A stretch of 64,000 nucleotides of DNA from Eledone cirrhosa (lineage: Eukaryota), in the NCBI GenBank assembly GCA_964016885.1, contig OZ024745.1, positions 97,898,001 to 97,962,000 of the forward strand. The letters are read 5' to 3'. The position numbers and the translations under genes were made by a program. The notes beneath the pieces were generated by a model. That model saw only the letters and a program-made list of their open reading frames with translations. It was not told where the DNA came from and did not search any database. Shown here piece by piece: positions 24,701 through 36,700 of the stretch. Positions within the stretch are counted from its first letter, which is position 1; each line of letters opens with the position of its first letter.

Positions 24701-27700
24701 TGTTGTTGTAGTTGTTACTGTTGTTGTAGTTGTTACTGTTGTTGTAGTAGTTACTGTTGTTGTAGTTGTTACTGTTGTTGTAGTTGTTACTGTTGTTGTA
24801 GTTGTTACTGTTGTTGTAGTAGTTACTGTTGTTGTAGTTGTTACTGTTGTTGTAGTTGTTACTGTTGTTGTAGTTGTTACTGTTGTTGTAGTAGTTACTG
24901 TTGTTGTAGTTGTTACTGTTGTTATAGTTGTTACTGTTGTTGTAGTTGTTACTGTTGTTGTAGTAGTTACTGTTGTTGTAGTTGTTACTGTTGTTGTAGT
25001 TGTTACTGTTGTTGTTACTGTTGTTGTAGTTGTTACTGTTGTTGTTCCTGTTGTTGTAGTTGTTACTGTTGTTGTAGTTGTTACTGTTGTTGTAGTTGTT
25101 ACTGTTGTTGTTACTGTTGTTGTAGTTGTTACTGTTGTTGTAGTTGTTACTGTTGTTGTAGTAGTTACTGTTGTTGTAGTTGTTACTGTTGTTGTAGTTG
25201 TTACTGTTGTTGTTACTGTTGTTGTAGTTGTTACTGTTGTTGTTCCTGTTGTTGTAGTTGTTACTGTTGTTGTAGTTGTTACTGTTGTTGTAGTAGTTAC
25301 TGTTGTAGTTGTTACTGTTGTTGTAGTTGTTACTGTTGTTGTTACAGTTGTTGTAGTTGTTACTGTTGTTGTTCCTGTTGTTGTAGTTGTTACTGTTGTT
25401 GTTACTGTTGTTGTAGTTGTTACTGTTGTTGTTCCTGTTGTTGTAGTTGTTACTGTTATTGTAGTTGTTACTGTTGTTGTAGTTGTTACTGTTGTTGTAG
25501 TTGTTACTGTTGTTGTAGTTGTTACTGTTGTTGTAGTTGTTACTGTTGTTGTAGTTGTTACTGTTGTTGTAGTTGTTACTGTTGTTGTAGTTGTTACTGT
25601 TGTTGTAGTTGTTACTGTTGTTGTAGTTGTTACTGTTGTTGTTGTTGTTACTGTTGTTATTGTTACTGTTGTTGTAGTTGTCACTGTTGTTGTTGTTGTT
25701 ACTGTTGTTATTGTTACTGTTGTTGTAGTTGTCACTGTTGTTGTTGTTGTTACTGTTGTTGTAGTTGTTACTGTTGTTGTAGTTGTTACTGTTGTTGTAG
25801 TTGTTACTGTTGTTGTAGTTGTTATCGTTGTTGTAGTTGTTACTGTTGTTGTAGTTGTTACTGTTGTTGTAGTTGTTACTGTCGTTGTAGTTGTTACTGT
25901 TGTTGTAGTTGTTACTGTTGTTGTAGTTGTTACTGTTGTAGTTGTTACTGTTGTTGTAGTTGTTACAGTTGTTGTAGTTGTTACTGTTGTTGTAGTTGTT
26001 ACTGTTGTTGTAGTTGTTACTGTTGTTGTAGTTGTTACTGTTGTTGTAGTTGTTATCGTTGTTGTAGTTGTTACTGTTGTTGTAGTTGTTACTGTTGTTG
26101 TAGTTGTTACTGTTGTTGTAGTTGTTACTGTTGTTGTAGTTGTTACTGTTGTTGTAGTTGTTACTGTTGTTGTTGTTACTGTTGTTGTTGTTGTTACTGT
26201 TGTTGTTGTTGTTACTGTTGTTATTGTTACTGTTGTTGTAGTTGTCACTGTTGTTGTTGTTGTTACTGTTGTTGTAGTTGTTACTGTTGTTGTAGTTGTT
26301 ACTGTTGTTGTAGTTGTTACTGTTGTTGTAGTTGTTATCGTTGTTGTAGTTGTTACTGTTGTTGTAGTTGTTACTGTTGTTGTAGTTGTTACTGTCGTTG
26401 TAGTTGTTACTGTTGTTGTAGTTGTTACTGTTGTTGTAGTTGTTACTGTTGTAGTTGTTACTGTTGTTGTAGTTGTTACAGTTGTTGTAGTTGTTACTGT
26501 TGTTGTAGTTGTTACTGTTGTTGTAGTTGTTACTGTTGTTGTAGTTGTTACTGTTGTTGTAGTTGTTATCGTTGTTGTAGTTGTTACTGTTGTTGTAGTT
26601 GTTACTGTTGTTGTAGTTGTTACTGTTGTTGTAGTTGTTACTGTTGTTGTAGTTGTTACTGTTGTTGTTGTTACTGTTGTTGTAGTTGTTACTGTTGTTG
26701 TAGTTGTTACTGTTGTTGTAGTTGTTACTGTTGTTGTAGTTGTTACTGTTGTTGTTACTGTTGTTGTAGTTGTTACTGTTGTTGTTACTGTTGTTGTAGT
26801 TGTTACTGTTGTTGTAGTTGTTACTGTTGTTGTTACTGTTGTTGTAGTTGTTACTGTTGTTGTAGTAGTTACTGTTGTTGTAGTTGTTACTGTTGTTGTA
26901 GTTGTTACTGTTGTTGTAGTTGTTACTGTTGTTGTTGTTACTGTTGTTGTAGTTGTTACTGTTGTTGTAGTTGTTACTGTTGTTGTAGTTGTTACTGTTG
27001 TTGTAGTTGTTACTGTTGTTGTTACTGTTGTTGTAGTTGTTACTGTTGTTGTAGTTGTTACTGTTGTTGTAGTTGTTACTGTTGTTGTAGTTGTTACTGT
27101 TGTTGTAGTTGTTACTGTTGTTGTAGTTGTTACTGTTGTTGTTACTGTTGTTGTAGTTGTTACTGTTGTTGTTACTGTTGTTGTAGTTGTTACTGTTGTT
27201 GTTACTGTTGTTGTAGTTGTTACTGTTATTGTAGTTGTTACTGTTGTTGTAGTTGTTACTGTTGTTGTAGTTGTTACTGTTGTTGTAGTTGTTACTGTTG
27301 TTGTTACTGTTGTTGTAGTTGTTACTGTTGTTGTAGTTGTTACTGTTGTTGTAGTTGTTACTGTTGTTGTAGTTGTTACTGTTGTTGTAGTTGTTACTGT
27401 TGTTGTAGTTGTTACTATTGTAGTTGTTACTGTTGTTGTAGTTGTTACTATTGTTGTTACTGTTGTTGTAGTTGTTACTGTTGTTGTTACTGTTGTTGTA
27501 GTTGTTACTGTTGTTGTTACTGTTGTTGTAGTTGTTACTGTTATTGTAGTTGTTACTGTTGTTGTTACTGTTGTTGTAGTTGTTACTGTTGTTGTAGTTG
27601 TTACTGTTGTTGTTACTGTTGTTGTAGTTGTTACTGTTGTTGTAGTTGTTACTGTTGTTGTAGTTGTTACTGTTGTTGTAGTTGTTACTGTTGTTGTAGT

Positions 27701-30700
27701 TGTTACTGTTGTTGTAGTTGTTACTGTTGTTGTTACTGTTGTTGTAGTTGTTACTGTTGTTGTAGTTGTTACTGTTGTTGTAGTTGTTACTGTTGTTGTA
27801 GTTGTTGTAGTTGTTACTGTTGTTGTAGTTGTTACTGTTGTTGTAGTTGTTACTGTTGTTGTAGTTGTTGTTGTAGTTGTTGTTGTAGTTGTTACTGTTG
27901 TTGTAGTTGTTACTGTTGTTGTAGTTGTTACTGTTGTTGTAGTTGTTACTGTTGTTGTAGTTGTTACTGTTGTTGTAGTTGTTACTGTTGTTGTTACTGT
28001 TGTTGTAGTTGTTACTGTTGTTGTAGTTGTTACTGTTGTTGTAGTTGTTACTGTTGTTGTAGTTGTTGCAGTTGTTACTGTTGTTGTAGTTGTTACTGTT
28101 GTTGTAGTTGTTACTGTTGTTGTAGTTGTTGTTGTAGTTGTTACTGTTGTTGTAGTTGTTACTGTTGTTGTAGTTGTTACTGTTGTTGTAGTTGTTACTG
28201 TTGTTGTTACTGTTGTTGTAGTTGTTACTGTTGTTGTAGTTGTTACTGTTGTTGTATTTGTTACTGTTGTTGTAGTTGTTACTGTTGTTCTAGTTGTTAC
28301 TGTTGTTGTAGTTGTTACTGTTGTTGTTACTGTTGTTGTAGTTGTTACTGTTGTTGTTACTGTTGTTGTAGTTGTTACTGTTGTTGTTACTGTTGTTGTA
28401 GTTGTTACTGTTATTGTAGTTGTTACTGTTGTTGTAGTTGTTACTGTTGTTGTAGTTGTTACTGTTGTTGTAGTTGTTACTGTTGTTGTTACTGTTGTTG
28501 TAGTTGTTACTGTTGTTGTAGTTGTTACTGTTGTTGTAGTTGTTACTGTTGTTGTAGTTGTTACTGTTGTTGTAGTTGTTACTGTTGTTGTAGTTGTTAC
28601 TATTGTTGTTACTGTTGTTGTAGTTGTTACTGTTGTTGTTACTGTTGTTGTAGTTGTTACTGTTGTTGTTACTGTTGTTGTAGTTGTTACTGTTATTGTA
28701 GTTGTTACTGTTGTTGTTACTGTTGTTGTAGTTGTTACTGTTGTTGTAGTTGTTACTGTTGTTGTTACTGTTGTTGTAGTTGTTACTGTTGTTGTAGTTG
28801 TTACTGTTGTTGTAGTTGTTACTGTTGTTGTAGTTGTTACTGTTGTTGTAGTTGTTACTGTTGTTGTTACTGTTGTTGTAGTTGTTACTCTTGTTGTAGT
28901 TGTTACTGTTGTTGTAGTTGTTACTGTTGTTGTAGTTGTTGTAGTTGTTACTGTTGTTGTAGTTGTTACTGTTGTTGTAGTTGTTACTGTTGTTGTAGTT
29001 GTTGTTGTAGTTGTTGTTGTAGTTGTTACTGTTGTTGTAGTTGTTAATGTTGTTGTAGTTGTTACTGTTGTTGTAGTTGTTACTGTTGTTGTAGTTGTTA
29101 CTGTTGTTGTAGTTGTTACTGTTGTTGTTACTGTTGTTGTAGTTGTTACTGTTGTTGTAGTTGTTACTGTTGTTGTAGTTGTTACTGTTGTTGTAGTTGT
29201 TGCAGTTGTTACTGTTGTTGTAGTTGTTACTGTTGTTGTAGTTGTTACTGTTGTTGTAGTTGTTGTTGTAGTTGTTACTGTTGTTGTAGTTGTTACTGTT
29301 GTTGTAGTTGTTACTGTTGTTGTAGTTGTTACTGTTGTTGTTACTGTTGTTGTAGTTGTTACTGTTGTTGTAGTTGTTACTGTTGTTGTATTTGTTACTG
29401 TTGTTGTAGTTGTTACTGTTGTTCTAGTTGTTACTGTTGTTGTAGTTGTTACTGTTGTTGTAGTTGTTACTGTTGTTGTAGTTGTTACTGTTGTTGTTGT
29501 TACTGTTGTTGTAGTTGTTACTGTTGTTGTAGTAGTTACTGTTGTTGTAGTTGTTACTGTTGTTGTAGTTGTTACTGTTGTTGTAGTTGTTACTGTTGTT
29601 GTAGTTGTTACTCTTGTTGTTGTTGTTGTTACTGTTGTTGTAGTTGTTACTGTTGTTGTAGTTGTTACTGTTGTTGTTGTTGTTACTGTTGTTGTAGTTG
29701 TTACTGTTGTTGTAGTTGTTACTGTTGTTGTTGTTACTGTCGTTGTAGTTGTTACTGTTGTTGTAGTTGTTACTGTTGTTGTTGTTGTTACTGTTGTTGT
29801 AGTTGTTACTGTTGTTGTAGTTGTTACTGTTGTTGTAGTTGTTAATGTTGTTGTTGTTGTTACTGTTGTTGTAGTTGTTACTGTTGTTGTAGTTGTTACT
29901 GTTGTTGTAGTTGTTACTGTTGCTGTTGTTGTTACTTTTGTTGTAGTTGTTACTGTTGTTATTGTTAATGTTGTTGTAGTTGTCACTGTTGTTGTTGTTA
30001 CTGTTGTTGTTGTTGTTACTGTTGTAGTTGTTGTTACTGTTGTTGTAGTTGTTACTGTTGTTGTAGTAGTTACTGTTGTTGTAGTTGTTACTGTTGTTGT
30101 AGTTGTTACTGTTGTTGTATTTGTTACTGTTGTTGTTGTTGTTACTGTTGTTGTAGTTGTTACTGTTGTTATTGTTACTGTTGTTGTAATTGTCACTGTT
30201 GTTGATGTTGTTACTGTTGTTGTTGTTGTTACTGTTGTAGTTGTTGTTACTGTTGTTGTAGTTGTTACTGTTGTTGTAGTAGTTACTGTTGTTGTAGTTG
30301 TTACTGTTGTTGTAGTTGTTACTGTTGTTGTAGTTGTTACTGTTGTTGTAGTTGTTACTGTTGTTGTAGTAGTTACTGTTGTTGTAGTTGTTACTGTTGT
30401 TATTGTTACTGTTGTTGTAGTTGTCACTGTTGTTGTTGTTGTTACTGTTGTTGTAGTTGTTACTGTTGTAGTTGTTGTTACTGTTGTTGTAGTTGTTGCT
30501 GTTGTTGTAGTAGTTACTGTCGTTGTAGTTGTTACTGTTGTTGTAGTTGTTACTGTTGTTGTTACTGTTGTTGTAGTTGTTACTGTAGTTGTTACTGTTG
30601 TTGTAGTTGTTACTGTTGTTGTAGTTGTTACTGTTGTTGTAGTTGTTACTGTTGTTGTTGTTGTTACTGTTGTTGTAGTTGTTACTGTTGTTGTTTTTAC

Positions 30701-33700
30701 TGTTGTTGTAGTTGTTACTGTTGTTGTAGTTGTTACTGTTGTTGTAGTTGTTACTGTTGTTGTTGTTGTTACTGTTGTTGTAGTTGTTACTGTTGTAGTT
30801 GTTACTGTTGTTGTAGTTGTTACAGTTGTTGTAGTTGTTACTGTTGTTGTTGTTACTGTTGTTGTAGTTGTTACTGTTCTTGTAGTTGTTACTGTTGTTG
30901 TAGTTGTTACTGTTGTTGTAGTTGTTACTGTTGTTGTAGTTGTTACCGTTGTAGTTGTTACTGTTGTTGTAGTTGTTACTGTTGTTGTAGTTGTTACTGT
31001 TGTTGTAGTTGTTACTGTTGTTGTAGTTGTTACTGTTGTTGTAGTTGTTACTGTTGTTGTAGTTGTTACTGTTGTTGTTGTTACTGTTGTTGTTGTTGTT
31101 ACTGTTGTTGTAGTTGTTACTGTTGTTATTGTTACTGTTGTTGTAGTTGTTACTGTTGTTGTAGTTGTTACTGTTGTTGTTGTTGTTACTGTTGTTGTAG
31201 TTGTTACTGTTGTTGTAGTTGTTACTGTTGTTGTAGTTGTTACTGTTGTTGTAGTTGTTACTGTTGTTGTAGTTGTTACTGTTGTAGTTGTTACTGTTGT
31301 TGTAGTTGTTACTGTTGTAGTTGTTACTGTTGTTGTAGTTGTTACTGTTGTTGTAGTAGTTACTGTTGTTGTAGTTGTTACTGTTGTTGTAGTTGTTACT
31401 GTTGTTGTTACTGTTGTTGTAGTTGTTACTGTTGTTGTAGTAGTTACTGTTGTTGTAGTTGTTACTGTTGTTGTAGTTGTTACTGTTGTTGTAGTTGTGA
31501 CTGTTGTTGTAGTAGTTACTGTTGTTGTAGTTGTTACTGTTGTTGTAGTTGTTACTGTTGTTGTAGTTGTTACTGTTGTTGTAGTAGTTACTGTTGTTGT
31601 AGTTGTTACTGTTGTTATAGTTGTTACTGTTGTTGTAGTTGTTACTGTTGTTGTAGTAGTTACTGTTGTTGTAGTTGTTACTGTTGTTGTAGTTGTTACT
31701 GTTGTTGTTACTGTTGTTGTAGTTGTTACTGTTGTTGTTCCTGTTGTTGTAGTTGTTACTGTTGTTGTAGTTGTTACTGTTGTTGTAGTTGTTACTGTTG
31801 TTGTTACTGTTGTTGTAGTTGTTACTGTTGTTGTAGTTGTTACTGTTGTTGTAGTTGTTACTGTTGTTGTAGTTGTTACTGTTGTTGTAGTTGTTACTGT
31901 TGTTGTTACTGTTGTTGTAGTTGTTACTGTTGTTGTAGTTGTTACTGTTGTTGTAGTTGTTACTGTTGTTGTAGTTGTTGTAGTTGTTACTGTTGTTGTA
32001 GTTGTTACTGTTGTTGTAGTTGTTACTGTTGTTGTAGTTGTTGTTGTAGTTGTTGTTGTAGTTGTTACTGTTGTTGTAGTTGTTAATGTTGTTGTAGTTG
32101 TTACTGTTGTTGTAGTTGTTACTGTTGTTGTAGTTGTTACTGTTGTTGTAGTTGTTACTGTTGTTGTTACTGTTGTTGTAGTTGTTACTGTTGTTGTAGT
32201 TGTTACTGTTGTTGTAGTTGTTACTGTTGTTGTAGTTGTTGCAGTTGTTACTGTTGTTGTAGTTGTTACTGTTGTTGTAGTTGTTACTGTTGTTGTAGTT
32301 GTTGTTGTAGTTGTTACTGTTGTTGTAGTTGTTACTGTTGTTGTAGTTGTTACTGTTGTTGTAGTTGTTACTGTTGTTGTTACTGTTGTTGTAGTTGTTA
32401 CTGTTGTTGTAGTTGTTACTGTTGTTGTATTTGTTACTGTTGTTGTAGTTGTTACTGTTGTTCTAGTTGTTACTGTTGTTGTAGTTGTTACTGTTGTTGT
32501 AGTTGTTACTGTTGTTGTAGTTGTTACTGTTGTTGTTGTTACTGTTGTTGTAGTTGTTACTGTTGTTGTAGTAGTTACTGTTGTTGTAGTTGTTACTGTT
32601 GTTGTAGTTGTTACTGTTGTTGTAGTTGTTACTGTTGTTGTAGTTGTTACTCTTGTTGTTGTTGTTGTTACTGTTGTTGTAGTTGTTACTGTTGTTGTAG
32701 TTGTTACTGTTGTTGTTGTTGTTACTGTTGTTGTAGTTGTTACTGTTGTTGTAGTTGTTACTGTTGTTGTTGTTACTGTCGTTGTAGTTGTTACTGTTGT
32801 TGTAGTTGTTACTGTTGTTGTTGTTGTTACTGTTGTTGTAGTTGTTACTGTTGTTGTAGTTGTTACTGTTGTTGTAGTTGTTAATGTTGTTGTTGTTGTT
32901 ACTGTTGTTGTAGTTGTTACTGTTGTTGTAGTTGTTACTGTTGTTGTAGTTGTTACTGTTGCTGTTGTTGTTACTTTTGTTGTAGTTGTTACTGTTGTTA
33001 TTGTTAATGTTGTTGTAGTTGTCACTGTTGTTGTTGTTACTGTTGTTGTTGTTGTTACTGTTGTAGTTGTTGTTACTGTTGTTGTAGTTGTTACTGTTGT
33101 TGTAGTAGTTACTGTTGTTGTAGTTGTTACTGTTGTTGTAGTTGTTACTGTTGTTGTATTTGTTACTGTTGTTGTTGTTGTTACTGTTGTTGTAGTTGTT
33201 ACTGTTGTTATTGTTACTGTTGTTGTAATTGTCACTGTTGTTGATGTTGTTACTGTTGTTGTTGTTGTTACTGTTGTAGTTGTTGTTACTGTTGTTGTAG
33301 TTGTTACTGTTGTTGTAGTAGTTACTGTTGTTGTAGTTGTTACTGTTGTTGTAGTTGTTACTGTTGTTGTAGTTGTTACTGTTGTTGTAGTTGTTACTGT
33401 TGTTGTAGTAGTTACTGTTGTTGTAGTTGTTACTGTTGTTATTGTTACTGTTGTTGTAGTTGTCACTGTTGTTGTTGTTGTTACTGTTGTTGTAGTTGTT
33501 ACTGTTGTAGTTGTTGTTACTGTTGTTGTAGTTGTTGCTGTTGTTGTAGTAGTTACTGTCGTTGTAGTTGTTACTGTTGTTGTAGTTGTTACTGTTGTTG
33601 TTACTGTTGTTGTAGTTGTTACTGTAGTTGTTACTGTTGTTGTAGTTGTTACTGTTGTTGTAGTTGTTACTGTTGTTGTAGTTGTTACTGTTGTTGTTGT

Positions 33701-36700
33701 TGTTACTGTTGTTGTAGTTGTTACTGTTGTTGTTTTTACTGTTGTTGTAGTTGTTACTGTTGTTGTAGTTGTTACTGTTGTTGTAGTTGTTACTGTTGTT
33801 GTTGTTGTTACTGTTGTTGTAGTTGTTACTGTTGTAGTTGTTACTGTTGTTGTAGTTGTTACAGTTGTTGTAGTTGTTACTGTTGTTGTTGTTACTGTTG
33901 TTGTAGTTGTTACTGTTCTTGTAGTTGTTACTGTTGTTGTAGTTGTTACTGTTGTTGTAGTTGTTACTGTTGTTGTAGTTGTTACCGTTGTAGTTGTTAC
34001 TGTTGTTGTAGTTGTTACTGTTGTTGTAGTTGTTACTGTTGTTGTAGTTGTTACTGTTGTTGTAGTTGTTACTGTTGTTGTAGTTGTTACTGTTGTTGTA
34101 GTTGTTACTGTTGTTGTTGTTACTGTTGTTGTTGTTGTTACTGTTGTTGTAGTTGTTACTGTTGTTATTGTTACTGTTGTTGTAGTTGTTACTGTTGTTG
34201 TAGTTGTTACTGTTGTTGTTGTTGTTACTGTTGTTGTAGTTGTTACTGTTGTTGTAGTTGTTACTGTTGTTGTAGTTGTTACTGTTGTTGTAGTTGTTAC
34301 TGTTGTAGTTGTTACTGTTGTTGTAGTTGTTACTGTTGTAGTTGTTACTGTTGTTGTAGTTGTTACTGTTGTTGTAGTAGTTACTGTTGTTGTAGTTGTT
34401 ACTGTTGTTGTAGTTGTTACTGTTGTTGTTACTGTTGTTGTAGTTGTTACTGTTGTTGTAGTAGTTACTGTTGTTGTAGTTGTTACTGTTGTTGTAGTTG
34501 TTACTGTTGTTGTAGTTGTGACTGTTGTTGTAGTAGTTACTGTTGTTGTAGTTGTTACTGTTGTTGTAGTTGTTACTGTTGTTGTAGTTGTTACTGTTGT
34601 TGTAGTAGTTACTGTTGTTGTAGTTGTTACTGTTGTTATAGTTGTTACTGTTGTTGTAGTTGTTACTGTTGTTGTAGTAGTTACTGTTGTTGTAGTTGTT
34701 ACTGTTGTTGTAGTTGTTACTGTTGTTGTTACTGTTGTTGTAGTTGTTACTGTTGTTGTTCCTGTTGTTGTAGTTGTTACTGTTGTTGTAGTTGTTACTG
34801 TTGTTGTAGTTGTTACTGTTGTTGTTACTGTTGTTGTAGTTGTTACTGTTGTTGTAGTTGTTACTGTTGTTGTAGTAGTTACTGTTGTTGTAGTTGTTAC
34901 TGTTGTTGTAGTTGTTACTGTTGTTGTTACTGTTGTTGTAGTTGTTACTGTTGTTGTTCCTGTTGTTGTAGTTGTTACTGTTGTTGTAGTTGTTACTGTT
35001 GTTGTAGTAGTTACTGTTGTAGTTGTTACTGTTGTTGTAGTTGTTACTGTTGTTGTTACAGTTGTTGTAGTTGTTACTGTTGTTGTTCCTGTTGTTGTAG
35101 TTGTTACTGTTGTTGTTACTGTTGTTGTAGTTGTTACTGTTGTTGTTCCTGTTGTTGTAGTTGTTACTGTTATTGTAGTTGTTACTGTTGTTGTAGTTGT
35201 TACTGTTGTTGTAGTTGTTACTGTTGTTGTAGTTGTTACTGTTGTTGTTACTGTTGTTGTAGTTGTTACTGTTGTTGTAGTTGTTACTGTTGTTGTAGTT
35301 GTTACTGTTGTTGTAGTTGTTACTGTTGTTGTAGTTGTTACTGTTGTTGTAGTTGTTACTGTTGTTGTAGTTGTTACTGTTGTTGTTACTGTTGTTGTAG
35401 TTGTTACTGTTGTTGTTACTGTTGTTGTAGTTGTTACTGTTGTTGTTACTGTTGTTGTAGTTGTTACTGTTATTGTAGTTGTTACTGTTGTTGTTACTGT
35501 TGTTGTAGTTGTTACTGTTGTTGTAGTTGTTACTGTTGTTGTAGTTGTTACTGTTGTTGTAGTTGTTAATGTTGTTGTTGTTGTTACTGTTGTTGTAGTT
35601 GTTACTGTTGTTGTAGTTGTTACTGTTGTTGTAGTTGTTACTGTTATTGTAGTTGTTACTGTTGTTGTTACTGTTGTTGTAGTTGTTACTGTTGTTGTAG
35701 TTGTTACTGTTGTTGTAGTAGTTACTGTTGTTGTAGTTGTTACTGTTGTTGTAGTTGTTACTGTTGTTGTTACTGTTGTTGTAGTTGTTACTGTTGTTGT
35801 AGTTGTTACTGTTGTTGTAGTAGTTACTGTTGTTGTAGTTGTTACTGTTGTTGTAGTTGTTACTGTTGTTGTAGTTGTTACTGTTGTTGTAGTAGTTACT
35901 GTTGTTGTAGTTGTTACTGTTGTTGTAGTTGTTACTGTTGTTGTAGTTGTTACTGTTGTTGTAGTAGTTACTGTTGTTGTAGTTGTTACTGTTGTTGTAG
36001 TTGTTACTGTTGTTGTTACTGTTGTTGTAGTTGTTACTGTTGTTGTAGTTGTTACTGTTGTTGTAGTAGTTACTGTTGTTGTAGTTGTTACTGTTGTTGT
36101 AGTTGTTACTGTTGTTGTAGTTGTTACTGTTGTTGTAGTTGTTACTGTTGTTGTAGTTGTTAATGTTGTTGTAGTTGTTACTGTTGTTGTAGTTGTTACT
36201 GTTGTTGTAGTTGTTACTGTTGTTGTTGTTACTTTTGTTGTAGTTGTTACTGTTGTTATTGTTACTGTTGTTGTAGTTGTCACTGTTGTTGTTGTTGTTA
36301 CTGTTGTTGTTGTTGTTACTGTTGTAGTTGTTGTTACTGTTGTTGTAGTTGTTACTGTTGTTGTAGTAGTTACTGTTGTTGTAGTTGTTACTGTTGTTGT
36401 AGTTGTTACTGTTGTTGTAGTTGTTACTGTTGTTGTTGTTGTTACTGTTGTTGTAGTTGTTATCGTTGTTGTAGTTGTTACTGTTGTTGTAGTTGTTACT
36501 GTTGTTGTAGTTGTTACTGTTGTTGTAGTTGTTACTGTTGTTGTAGTTGTTACTGTTGTTGTAGTTGTTACTGTTGTTGTAGTTGTTACTGTTGTTGTTA
36601 CTGTCGTTGTAGTTGTTACTGTTGTTGTAGTTGTTACTGTTGTTGTAGTTGTTACTGTTGTTGTTGTTACTGTTGTTGTAGTTGTTACTGTTGTTGTAGT